A stretch of DNA of 42,300 nucleotides from an uncultured Bacteroidota bacterium. Its GTDB lineage: Bacteria > Bacteroidota > Bacteroidia > Bacteroidales > VadinHA17. Below are positions 1-7,446 of this stretch, one piece after another. Location of the stretch: contig CAIPJU010000380.1 of the NCBI GenBank assembly GCA_903865465.1, forward strand, positions 1 to 42,300, in the 5' to 3' direction. The notes beneath the pieces were generated by a model that ran no database searches, was not told the DNA's origin, and saw only the letters and a program-made list of their open reading frames with translations. Position 1 is the stretch's first letter, and each line of letters starts with the position of its first letter. The translations under genes were made by a program, and so were the position numbers.

Positions 1-758
1 AGGTGTTTAGCCCAGTCGTCCGGTTTGTTTTCGTACGAATAGAGAGATCCTGCAAAATGAAGTTTGGAATTTCCTGTGACATTGATTTTCAATGAATAGG
101 TATGCGGCAGGCCGTCTTTTATATATTTCAGCGATTCAAGGTAAGTTGCTTGAGTTGGACCCGATCCCTCATCGAGATAGGTGCTGGCAATCAAGCCGGG
201 ATGGCAGGTTTGGTCGTCAGGGAAGAGTGTTGCGGTGAAAGTCAGACTATAAGTTCCGGTTCTGTCGAGCTTTATGTCAAAATCAGCAGCATCTTTCCCT
301 GCAGGATCGGGGAAGGAGAAATTCTCTTTTCCGGGCCAGTAGTTTTCATTCCTGACCTGTAAAATCATGGTTGCCTTCTCAGCCTTTGCCTCAATTTCAC
401 TAAGTGCTCCAAGAAGCTGGTCATAGATCTTTATCAATTGCTTTGGCTTCCTTATAAAATAAAATTTCATGGTTTTATCGAGTGCTTCTTTAGTATATCC
501 ATGCTTCTCAATAACATGAAAATAAGTTGATGATGAATCGGCTAAGGGGAACCATTGTTTTACCTTTGGATAAGATAACAGACCGTCGGTGAGATAGATG
601 TCTTTTAATAGTGATACAAGTTCCTTTTCGGGGATCATATTACGGTGATCGAGTCTTTTCTTCCTTCCTGTGCAGGAAAAGGCCAGAAGAAAAAGAACGA
701 CGAGCAGTGAAAGTGCTGCCCAGGCGATCAATTTATTGTTTCGGGAATTTATCCTCAT
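1..758 (-). CDS. Partial lipoprotein with a DUF4296-like N-terminal region; the 3' end lies beyond the left window edge
   Basis: Hand translation of the minus strand from the ATG at 758-756 stays open for 252 codons to the window edge (MRINSRNNKLIAWAALSLLVVLFLLAFSCTGRKKRLDHRNMIPEKELVSLLKDIYLTDGLL...). It has a signal peptide plus lipobox LAFSC. It is absent from the ORF track because no stop falls in the window. It lies 54 nt downstream of the lolE-like stop on the same strand. Confidence 0.7.
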   Translation of the reverse strand, partial: MRINSRNNKLIAWAALSLLVVLFLLAFSCTGRKKRLDHRNMIPEKELVSLLKDIYLTDGLLSYPKVKQWFPLADSSSTYFHVIEKHGYTKEALDKTMKFYFIRKPKQLIKIYDQLLGALSEIEAKAEKATMILQVRNENYWPGKENFSFPDPAGKDAADFDIKLDRTGTYSLTFTATLFPDDQTCHPGLIASTYLDEGSGPTQATYLESLKYIKDGLPHTYSLKINVTGNSKLHFAGSLYSYENKPDDWAKH

Positions 759-812
759 TTCCTTTTGCCTGAATATTAGTTCTCTCTTTTTTGTAAATAT
801 AGCAATAGATAA

Positions 813-2036
813 TTACGCATCTTTTGAAAGGAATTTTTTGGTCAGAAATCTTACAGGATACCATGCTGCCCAATAGCCAATAAGCAGAACCGTGGAGGGG
901 ACAATAATAAAGTCCCTCAGTTTCATTACCACAGGGTATGAATCCATGATCAGCGATTCGCTGTTGAGCCTGATGATACCAAAAGTTTGCTGAAGCCAGC
1001 AGATAATGTAACCAAGGATTATCCCCGCCAGGGCTCCAATTATCGATATAAGCCAACCTTCGAAGATAAAGATCTTACGTATAAGATTATTATCAGCCCC
1101 AAGACTCTTTAGAATGCCTATATCACGTTCTTTTTCAATAATAAGCATCGTTAATGAGCCTATCACATTAAATGAAGCTATTACAAGGATGAGGGTAAGG
1201 ATAAAGAAGATAGCAAGCCTTTCGGATTTCATCACCTTATAAAAAATCTCCTGCTGCTCATACCTGTTCCTGACGGAAAATCCCTTTCCGTAAATTCCTT
1301 CAATTTTTTTCTGCACGTCTGAAGGCTCTGCATCTTTTCTAAACTTAACCTCTACTGCAGTAACCCCGTTTTCGCTGCCTGTAAGATCGCGTGCAAAATC
1401 GAGGGGTACATAAACATATTTTGAATCATACTCCTTTTCAACCTCAAATATTCCTGATGGTGAGATATATCTCTTGTTGAAGGCATTTTCTGCATTCAGA
1501 TTTTTCCCCCCGTCTTTTCGTGGCACGTAAATATTGAGAGGAGTAACAAAATTAATGCGCATACCGAGGTACTGGGCAACCCCGATACCGGGAATTGCAT
1601 AAGGGCGTCCTTTGTCGGATTTCAGGGTGAAAGCTCCTTCAAACATAGCACTGTCGATCGCAGATACTGAAGGGTAATTATCGTCGACACCCTTTATTGT
1701 TGCTATGTATTGCCTGTCGCCATATTTAAGTAGTGCATTCTCCTCGAGCGTAAGAGAGTAGGATGAAACTCCTTCAACATGTGCAAGAAGCTTCAGTTGA
1801 GCACTGTCGGGTGAGAAAGTTTTACCCTCTGCCATTGATATTTTAATGTCAGGATCAAAAGTGTTAAAAATAGACCTTACCATGGTCTCCAGTCCGTTAA
1901 AAACCGAAAGGATTATTATAAGGGCCATTGTACCCACAGCCACCCCCGCTACGGAAACAGAAGAGATAACATTGATTGCATTCCTCGATTTTTTTGCGAA
2001 GAGATATCTTTTTGCTATGTAATATGAAAGCTTCAC
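813..2036 (-). CDS. FtsX-family ABC transporter permease of the LolC/LolE (lipoprotein release) type
   Basis: 407 aa. The N-terminus YIAKRYLFAKKSRNAINVISSVSVAGVAVG is typical of LolC/E. It has a large periplasmic loop followed by three C-terminal TM helices with DIGILKSLGA. The GTG start shares one nucleotide with the upstream TAG stop. Confidence 0.85.
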   Translation of the reverse strand: MKLSYYIAKRYLFAKKSRNAINVISSVSVAGVAVGTMALIIILSVFNGLETMVRSIFNTFDPDIKISMAEGKTFSPDSAQLKLLAHVEGVSSYSLTLEENALLKYGDRQYIATIKGVDDNYPSVSAIDSAMFEGAFTLKSDKGRPYAIPGIGVAQYLGMRINFVTPLNIYVPRKDGGKNLNAENAFNKRYISPSGIFEVEKEYDSKYVYVPLDFARDLTGSENGVTAVEVKFRKDAEPSDVQKKIEGIYGKGFSVRNRYEQQEIFYKVMKSERLAIFFILTLILVIASFNVIGSLTMLIIEKERDIGILKSLGADNNLIRKIFIFEGWLISIIGALAGIILGYIICWLQQTFGIIRLNSESLIMDSYPVVMKLRDFIIVPSTVLLIGYWAAWYPVRFLTKKFLSKDA

Positions 2037-2851
2037 TACTCCTGTTTTCGCGCCGTAACCAGCAGGCCGGTTCCGGTTTTATGTTTCATATTGAGGTCGA
2101 AAATGTTAAGAATTATGGAAAGAGGGAAAAAAAGAAGGTACCAGAAGGGGAGGAGAATGAAAAACAGGTACGATTTATTAAGCATCTTAACCGGGTATTT
2201 CATCGAAAGCCTCCATGATATGCTTCCGGGATTTCCGTAAGTGTATAAGGCCTGAATGTTGGTGAATCCTGCCCGTGTAAGCTTATCGGTTATTTCAGAG
2301 ATCCCATATCCGTCTCTTACATGTTCATCAATGAATGAAGATTCTGTATCATCATGCACATCAGAGCCTCCCTTGTCAGAAGGAGTCGAAATCAGCAGTA
2401 GCCCATTTCGCATAAGCGCCTTGTTGAAATTCCTGAAGACAAGATTATCATCTTCAATATGTTCCATAACATCAACCGAAATAATCAGGTTATATGAGGC
2501 AGTATCGGAAAGCTGAGTAAGATCGCCGGTAAGGAATTCAACACGATTTTCAAGTCCGGCTTTCGAAAAGAATTTCCTGCAGTCGGCTGTGTGGTCGCTG
2601 TTTATATCAATACCCCTGATCTTCCAGAGCTTATTCATCCTGCTCATCCGCCACGAATACTGACCGAAACCCGATCCGGCATCCAGAACGGAAGCATCGG
2701 CAGGAATATGCTGTGAAATTTTCGACAGGGCTCTTTTAACATGCCAGGTACGGAGAAGAAGAATATCAAGAAGCCAGTAAAGAACTTTCCTCATGACCAG
2801 GGAACCTGAAAAGAACTTCCCGACAGTTTTTTTAATTGGCTCGTACTGCAT
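2036..2851 (-). CDS. Class I SAM-dependent methyltransferase with a C-terminal hydrophobic membrane anchor
   Basis: 271 aa with motif I VLDAGSGFGQYS and an acidic post-I residue (IDIN). The C-terminal ~50 aa are strongly hydrophobic (YLFFILLPFWYLLFFPLSIILNIF). Confidence 0.8.
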   Translation of the reverse strand: MQYEPIKKTVGKFFSGSLVMRKVLYWLLDILLLRTWHVKRALSKISQHIPADASVLDAGSGFGQYSWRMSRMNKLWKIRGIDINSDHTADCRKFFSKAGLENRVEFLTGDLTQLSDTASYNLIISVDVMEHIEDDNLVFRNFNKALMRNGLLLISTPSDKGGSDVHDDTESSFIDEHVRDGYGISEITDKLTRAGFTNIQALYTYGNPGSISWRLSMKYPVKMLNKSYLFFILLPFWYLLFFPLSIILNIFDLNMKHKTGTGLLVTARKQE

Positions 2852-2856
2852 AAATA

Positions 2857-3201
2857 TCAGCTTTTCAGAAGCTTATCGATGTTATCAATATAGTCGAGGC
2901 TGTCATCGATATGAAAAACAATGTCAGGTACTATGCGTAGTTGTGTTCTTATCTTCTGTCCAAGTTCAAATCTTATTTTAGAGGCGTGTTCCTGCATCGA
3001 AGTTAATATCTCAGCCTGGTTGGTTGGCGGGAATATGCTGAGATAAACCTTTGCAAATGAAAGATCAGGACTGACCCTCACTCTTGTAATGGATACCAGC
3101 TTCCCATGGGCAATCTCATTTCCTTTCTTAAGGAAGATGTCGGCCAGTTCTTTCTGTATCAGGCGCGATACTTTTTTTTGTCTTGTTGTTTCCATGGCCA
3201 T
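2857..3201 (-). CDS. rbfA: Ribosome-binding factor A
   Basis: 114 aa. RQKKVSRLIQKELADIF ... VSITRVRVSPDLSFAKVYLSIF matches the RbfA KH-like signature and size. Confidence 0.9.
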   Translation of the reverse strand: MAMETTRQKKVSRLIQKELADIFLKKGNEIAHGKLVSITRVRVSPDLSFAKVYLSIFPPTNQAEILTSMQEHASKIRFELGQKIRTQLRIVPDIVFHIDDSLDYIDNIDKLLKS

Positions 3202-3229
3202 TTTTTATTATTTGAGTATTGGCAATTAC

Positions 3230-3237
3230 CAAAAATA
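3230..3237 (-). promoter_or_regulatory. Candidate Bacteroidota -7 promoter box for the rbfA operon
   Basis: The plus strand reads CAAAAATA, which is TATTTTTG on the minus strand and matches TAnnTTTG. It lies 29 nt upstream of the rbfA ATG. Confidence 0.45.
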
Positions 3238-3252
3238 AATCCAGCATCGCTT

Positions 3253-3343
3253 GAAAATCAATTGATTTACCCCTGCCCCGAGGGGAGTCAATTGATTTTC
3301 TTCGCGCCCCTTGGGGTCGGGGTAAACGAAGAAAATCAATGGA
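3253..3343. repeat. Composite palindromic element: a 13-nt word in direct, inverted and direct orientation, with GC-rich mini-hairpins between the copies
   Basis: GAAAATCAATTGA (3253-3265), its exact reverse complement TCAATTGATTTTC (3288-3300), and GAAAATCAATGGA (3331-3343). The stem 3291-3304/3327-3340 is a perfect 14 bp. The intervening 22-nt segments contain CCCCT/AGGGG and CCCC/GGGG. Confidence 0.85.
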
Positions 3344-3430
3344 TTCCAATGCGTAATTCCCGATACTCATTTTATTCTAATCGGGCAAAGGTACGATTTT
3401 CCAGTCAATTCTGAATTTGGAAAAAAAAAT

Positions 3431-3438
3431 TAGCTTTG
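3431..3438 (+). promoter_or_regulatory. Candidate -7 promoter box for trpS
   Basis: TAGCTTTG matches TAnnTTTG. It lies 26 nt upstream of the ATG and is preceded by an A9 tract. Confidence 0.5.
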
Positions 3439-3463
3439 CATTGAATTTATCATCACAATAAAA

Positions 3464-4453
3464 ATGGAAACAGTAGTCAGCGGGATTAGGTCAACAGGTA
3501 ATCTGCACCTTGGAAATTATTTCGGCGCAATAAGGAATTTTCTTAAAATGCAGAATGAGAATAACTGCTTTTTCTTTATTGCAGATTATCATGCTCTTAC
3601 TACTCATCCCCACCCCGATGACCTTCATGGAAATATTAAACAGGTACTTGCTGAATATCTTGCATGCGGAATCGACCCTGAAGTTGCAACAGTTTTTATC
3701 CAGAGTGATGTTCCTGAAGTCAGTGAACTCTATCTGCTTCTTAACATGCTTGCCTATGTAGGGGAGCTCGAACGTACTGCCTCATTCAAGGACAAGATCA
3801 GGCTTCAGCCCGGTAACGTGAATGCAGGCTTGCTCACATATCCTGTTCTTATGGCTGCCGATATTCTGATGCACAGGGCTAATAAGGTTCCTGTAGGGAA
3901 AGATCAGGAACAACATCTTGAGATGACCAGGCATTTCGCCCGACGATTCAATATGATGTACGATGTTACCTACTTCCCTGAACCTGATGCTTATAACTTT
4001 GGTAAACAGCTCCTTAAGATCCCCGGCCTCAATGGAAGCGGAAAGATGGGAAAGAGCGAGGGAAACGGTGTTTTCCTTTTCGATACACCACAGGAGATAA
4101 GAAAAAAAGTGATGAGGGCTGTAACCGACACCGGACCTTTGACTCCCGGTCAGCAGCCAAGTGAAGCTGTAAAGAACCTCTTTACATTAATGAGCGTTGT
4201 TTCTGATCCTCAGACCCTGAAATACTTTGAAGAAAAACATGCAGCATGTGAAATCAGATATGGCGATTTGAAAAAGCAGCTGGCTGAAGATATTATAACA
4301 GTTACGGAACCTATCCGTTTCAGGATAAATGAACTGCTCTCCGATAACAGATATCTTGCTACTGTTGTTTCGCGTGGAGCAGAAAAGGCAAGAATCAGCG
4401 CTTCAAAAACCCTTAGGGAAGTAAGGGAGATCATTGGTTACAGACCCTTCTGA
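3464..4453 (+). CDS. trpS: Tryptophan--tRNA ligase
   Basis: 329 aa. It has the class I HIGH-type motif (TGNLHLGNYFGA) and the KMSKS-type motif (GKMGKSEGN), with TrpRS-like length and layout. Confidence 0.95.
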   Translation: METVVSGIRSTGNLHLGNYFGAIRNFLKMQNENNCFFFIADYHALTTHPHPDDLHGNIKQVLAEYLACGIDPEVATVFIQSDVPEVSELYLLLNMLAYVGELERTASFKDKIRLQPGNVNAGLLTYPVLMAADILMHRANKVPVGKDQEQHLEMTRHFARRFNMMYDVTYFPEPDAYNFGKQLLKIPGLNGSGKMGKSEGNGVFLFDTPQEIRKKVMRAVTDTGPLTPGQQPSEAVKNLFTLMSVVSDPQTLKYFEEKHAACEIRYGDLKKQLAEDIITVTEPIRFRINELLSDNRYLATVVSRGAEKARISASKTLREVREIIGYRPF

Positions 4454-4461
4454 TAAAAAAA

Positions 4462-4483
4462 AGCCAGGATTTTTTTCCTGGCT
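4462..4483 (+). terminator. Stem-loop immediately after trpS
   Basis: AGCCAGGA (4462-4469) pairs with TCCTGGCT (4476-4483) around a T6 loop. It starts 9 nt after the stop. There is an A-run upstream but no T-run downstream, so it is not a textbook intrinsic terminator on the plus strand. Confidence 0.5.
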
Positions 4484-4732
4484 GCCCCGGATGATTGGGG
4501 ATATTATAGAGATCATGAGTGTCGAATTCAACATATGTAATGCAAAAGCCATGCCAAATCATAAAGTGGCATGATGACATATATGATTTTTCAAATTTGA
4601 AATTCTTTAAGGTTACTCTTCTATTCCATTGACATACTGAGATTTGGTAATATTCCCAAACTTAAGATCTATCCAGGAACTAATTTTAAAATCGTGTCAT
4701 CTGTTTGGATTAAGGTATTATAGTTTATTTTG

Positions 4733-4740
4733 TATTTTTG
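4733..4740 (+). promoter_or_regulatory. Candidate -7 promoter box for the 4769-11294 module
   Basis: TATTTTTG matches TAnnTTTG and lies 29 nt upstream of the GTG at 4769. Confidence 0.45.
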
Positions 4741-4768
4741 AAAAAGGCTATTCAATAATCACAAAGGA

Positions 4769-7441
4769 GTGGGAAAACGTGTTGCAATAATATCAATAGC
4801 GATTCTTGTCTTATGTCTTGCCGGCATAGCCTGCCTTGTCATACAAGCGAGAAAAGTAATTTTCACTGATCCTTACAGGGCGGTATCCAAAGAAGCATGC
4901 CTTATTTTAGAGACCATTGACCTCAATACTTTTTTAAATTCCATATCCTCAGATAGAGGCTTCACAGGCGAAATTGCGAAGATGAAAGGTCTTGAGAGCT
5001 TTTATGGAAGTGTGAAATCCCTGAAAGAAGTTACCGGAAGGGAAGATTTTCGAAAGCTGTTGACCGATACCCATTCGGTAATTTCCTTCTATCCGGGCGG
5101 CAGAGGAAATCTTGTCCCTCTTATTTCCATGGCAGTTCCTGCATCACTCAAGATGAAAGAACTGAAGGTGTTTCTTTCATCAGCAGGAATTAGTAATGTG
5201 GTAAACAGTAAATTCAAAAATAAATCTCTCCAGGAATTTACCTGTAACACAGGGCTGGCAACTGATAGCGTTTATATTGCCCTGGCATCGGGTTTGTTGC
5301 TCTGCAGCAGTTCGGCAAGGATAATTGAAGAAGCAATTGTTCAGGAGTATAAAAAGGACGATATCCGTGATCTTCCCGGCTATTCAAGGGTGTGGACTCC
5401 GGCAGGAAAGAAGGGGGATAATCTATTTGTTGTTTTTCCAAACCTCGCCAGGTTTCTGAAATCAGTTTTGTCTGAGGAGCAGCCACTGGCTGACGCTATT
5501 ACAAGGCTGGCAGGAGAAGCTGAAGGTGATATTTATATCAGCGAAAACGGGATGGTTTTAAGCGGCTATACTGATGTTCCAGATTCATCCGATATTCTTT
5601 ATGCTTACAAGGATGTTGTACCAAAGCAGTTTAATGCATCCAGGGTGTTACCTTCCTCGACTGTTCTATATGAAACGATTGTCATGCCACCTCAGGGCCA
5701 TGTTTCTGTTTCATCGGGTAATCCGGAAATTTTCTCACTGGCATCAAAACTAAGGGAGGTCACAGGCGATCAGGTCACCAGGGCAGTAATAGATATGCAC
5801 GACAGTACGGCGACAGACAATATCCTGTTTGTGTACGAACTTAAGAATTCTGAAAGAGCCGTGCAAGTTTTCCTGAGTGAAGAATCAGGAATAGCAGAAA
5901 CAGAATTTTTCACTCCCGATGATCAGGTGAAGATTCCTGTTTACAAGGTAAATCTGAACGGACTGGCCGGGTCATTTGCACCCGGTTTTGACAGGGGTTA
6001 TGATGAATCATATTTTGCTTTTTATGATAATTTTATGGTATCGGGTGGTTCTTACAAAACTGTGGCTAAATTTCTATATGATAATCTTCTGAACAAAACA
6101 CTTGCCAATGACACCTTTTATCGCGGGTTTGAAACCTCATTGCCAAGCAATGCAGGATATTTTTTTTATTGTGTACCTGCCCGGATTACAGGGTATCTCT
6201 CAGGAATTGTAAATGGACAGATAAGCCTGTTTCTTAAAAATAACCGGGATCTCCTTTCAAAAATAAAGGCCATTGGCTACCAGTTTGCGTCGAGTAATGG
6301 AATGCTGTACAACAGTCTGTCGGTGAGGTATAACAAGGAAGAGGTAGCTGAACGTCCAGATACCGAATGGGAGACTCTGCTTGATGCTGAGGCAGCTGTT
6401 AAACCCTTCTTTTTTACTAATCATCTGACAGGAGCCAAAGAGATATTTATCCAGGATGTCAATAACAATACCTATCTTATAAACAGTGCAGGCAGGATTC
6501 TCTGGAAAGTACCACTGAATGAAAGAATTAATGGTGAAGTTTATATGATTGATTACTTTCATAACGGAAAATACCAACTATTGTTTGCGGGCAGGAATTA
6601 CCTTCATGTACTCGACAGGAACGGAAATTATGTTGAGAGATTTCCTGTTAAGCTTCGCTCGCCAGCGACCTCACCACTTGCGTTATATACTTATGATAAC
6701 AGCCAGAATTACAGGCTTTTTATAGCAGGAGAGGACAAGATGATCTATTCGTATGACAAAACCGGCAATGTTGTGAAGGGATGGAAACCTTTTCATACTC
6801 CGGGAATAGTGAGCTCTCAGGTAAGCTATCTTAAAGCCGGAAGGAAGGACTACCTTGAAGTTTCAGACGAAAATTCGGTTTACATTCTCGACAGGTCAGG
6901 GAACAGAAAAGTAAATACTAAAGGTAGTGCAGCCAAAGCATTGCACTCATCAGTCCGGCTTTTCCAGGGCAAAGATCAGTATATTGTTTTTTCAGCCCCC
7001 GATGGTAAGGTAACACAGCTTTATTTCGATGGAACAATAAGGAAATTCAGCCTGGGTACCTTTTCTATTGATCACTCTTTCGATTATTTTGATATAGATG
7101 GCGATGGATTTGGCGAATATGTTTTTATTGATAAGGGGAAATTGTATCTTTATAATCACAATAGATCAGAGGTTTTCACAAGAGATTTTGAAACTCCTGA
7201 TCTCGGTGGCCCGATCAATTTTATTTTTTCAGCTAATGACAGGAAAATAGGTGTTATTGATATTAATAAGAAAAACATCTATCTGATAAATAAAAACGGA
7301 GATACTATGAAGGGTTTCCCGCTGAGGGGAGCATCGATGTTTTCAATTGGGAAGTTGTCGGAGAAGAGCGGATGGCACCTTTTAGTTGGGGGAACTGACA
7401 AATTCCTGTATAATTACAAAATTGACACTGAGACCAAATAA
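4769..7441 (+). CDS. Uncharacterized membrane-anchored protein: N-terminal TM helix, ~550-aa unassigned region (DUF3352-like impression), C-terminal seven-fold repeat (predicted beta-propeller)
   Basis: 890-aa ORF. GTG at 4769 is the only start after the in-frame stop at 4739-4741 that keeps the TM helix IISIAILVLCLAGIACLVI. The C-terminal ~330 aa contain seven ~45-aa repeats with the recurring word YL(I/L)(N/D)xxG. Confidence 0.8.
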   Translation: MGKRVAIISIAILVLCLAGIACLVIQARKVIFTDPYRAVSKEACLILETIDLNTFLNSISSDRGFTGEIAKMKGLESFYGSVKSLKEVTGREDFRKLLTDTHSVISFYPGGRGNLVPLISMAVPASLKMKELKVFLSSAGISNVVNSKFKNKSLQEFTCNTGLATDSVYIALASGLLLCSSSARIIEEAIVQEYKKDDIRDLPGYSRVWTPAGKKGDNLFVVFPNLARFLKSVLSEEQPLADAITRLAGEAEGDIYISENGMVLSGYTDVPDSSDILYAYKDVVPKQFNASRVLPSSTVLYETIVMPPQGHVSVSSGNPEIFSLASKLREVTGDQVTRAVIDMHDSTATDNILFVYELKNSERAVQVFLSEESGIAETEFFTPDDQVKIPVYKVNLNGLAGSFAPGFDRGYDESYFAFYDNFMVSGGSYKTVAKFLYDNLLNKTLANDTFYRGFETSLPSNAGYFFYCVPARITGYLSGIVNGQISLFLKNNRDLLSKIKAIGYQFASSNGMLYNSLSVRYNKEEVAERPDTEWETLLDAEAAVKPFFFTNHLTGAKEIFIQDVNNNTYLINSAGRILWKVPLNERINGEVYMIDYFHNGKYQLLFAGRNYLHVLDRNGNYVERFPVKLRSPATSPLALYTYDNSQNYRLFIAGEDKMIYSYDKTGNVVKGWKPFHTPGIVSSQVSYLKAGRKDYLEVSDENSVYILDRSGNRKVNTKGSAAKALHSSVRLFQGKDQYIVFSAPDGKVTQLYFDGTIRKFSLGTFSIDHSFDYFDIDGDGFGEYVFIDKGKLYLYNHNRSEVFTRDFETPDLGGPINFIFSANDRKIGVIDINKKNIYLINKNGDTMKGFPLRGASMFSIGKLSEKSGWHLLVGGTDKFLYNYKIDTETK

Positions 7442-7446
7442 TTTCA

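Noticed and set aside
102-362. 86-aa plus-strand ORF at the left edge.
   Set aside because: The opposite strand carries a 252-codon open frame with a lipoprotein signal, which explains the region better.
3128-3370. 80-aa minus-strand ORF (and the 102-aa plus-strand ORF at 3106-3414) crossing the rbfA/trpS intergenic region.
   Set aside because: Both overlap the 5' end of rbfA, and their repetitive peptide (KSID...KSID) simply reflects translation through the palindromic DNA repeat. The region is better described as a non-coding repeat.
3421-3429. A9 homopolymer immediately upstream of the trpS -7 box (and the similar T8 at 23603-23610 and the T7 run in CTTGCTTTTTTTCTTAAATTTG just upstream of the -7 box at 40327-40334) as possible slipped-strand phase-variation tracts.
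   Set aside because: The tracts precede essential or housekeeping genes and are short. A/T tracts upstream of the -7 element are common in AT-rich Bacteroidota promoters, so a phase-variation interpretation is not warranted.
3253-3463. Possibility that the palindromic block is a T-box or Trp-codon leader attenuator controlling trpS.
   Set aside because: There is no T-box consensus (no GGUGGNACCGCG-like sequence or specifier-loop architecture). The only upstream mini-ORF (ATG at 3339) encodes MDSNA with no Trp codons. The second hairpin has no U-tract, and the best promoter box (3431-3438) lies downstream of the block.
4515-4574. 19-codon mini-ORF (MSVEFNICNAKAMPNHKVA) in the trpS-downstream gap.
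   Set aside because: There is no supporting signal such as an RBS-like context or conservation that can be assessed here. It overlaps the hairpin sequences and is too short to call from sequence alone.
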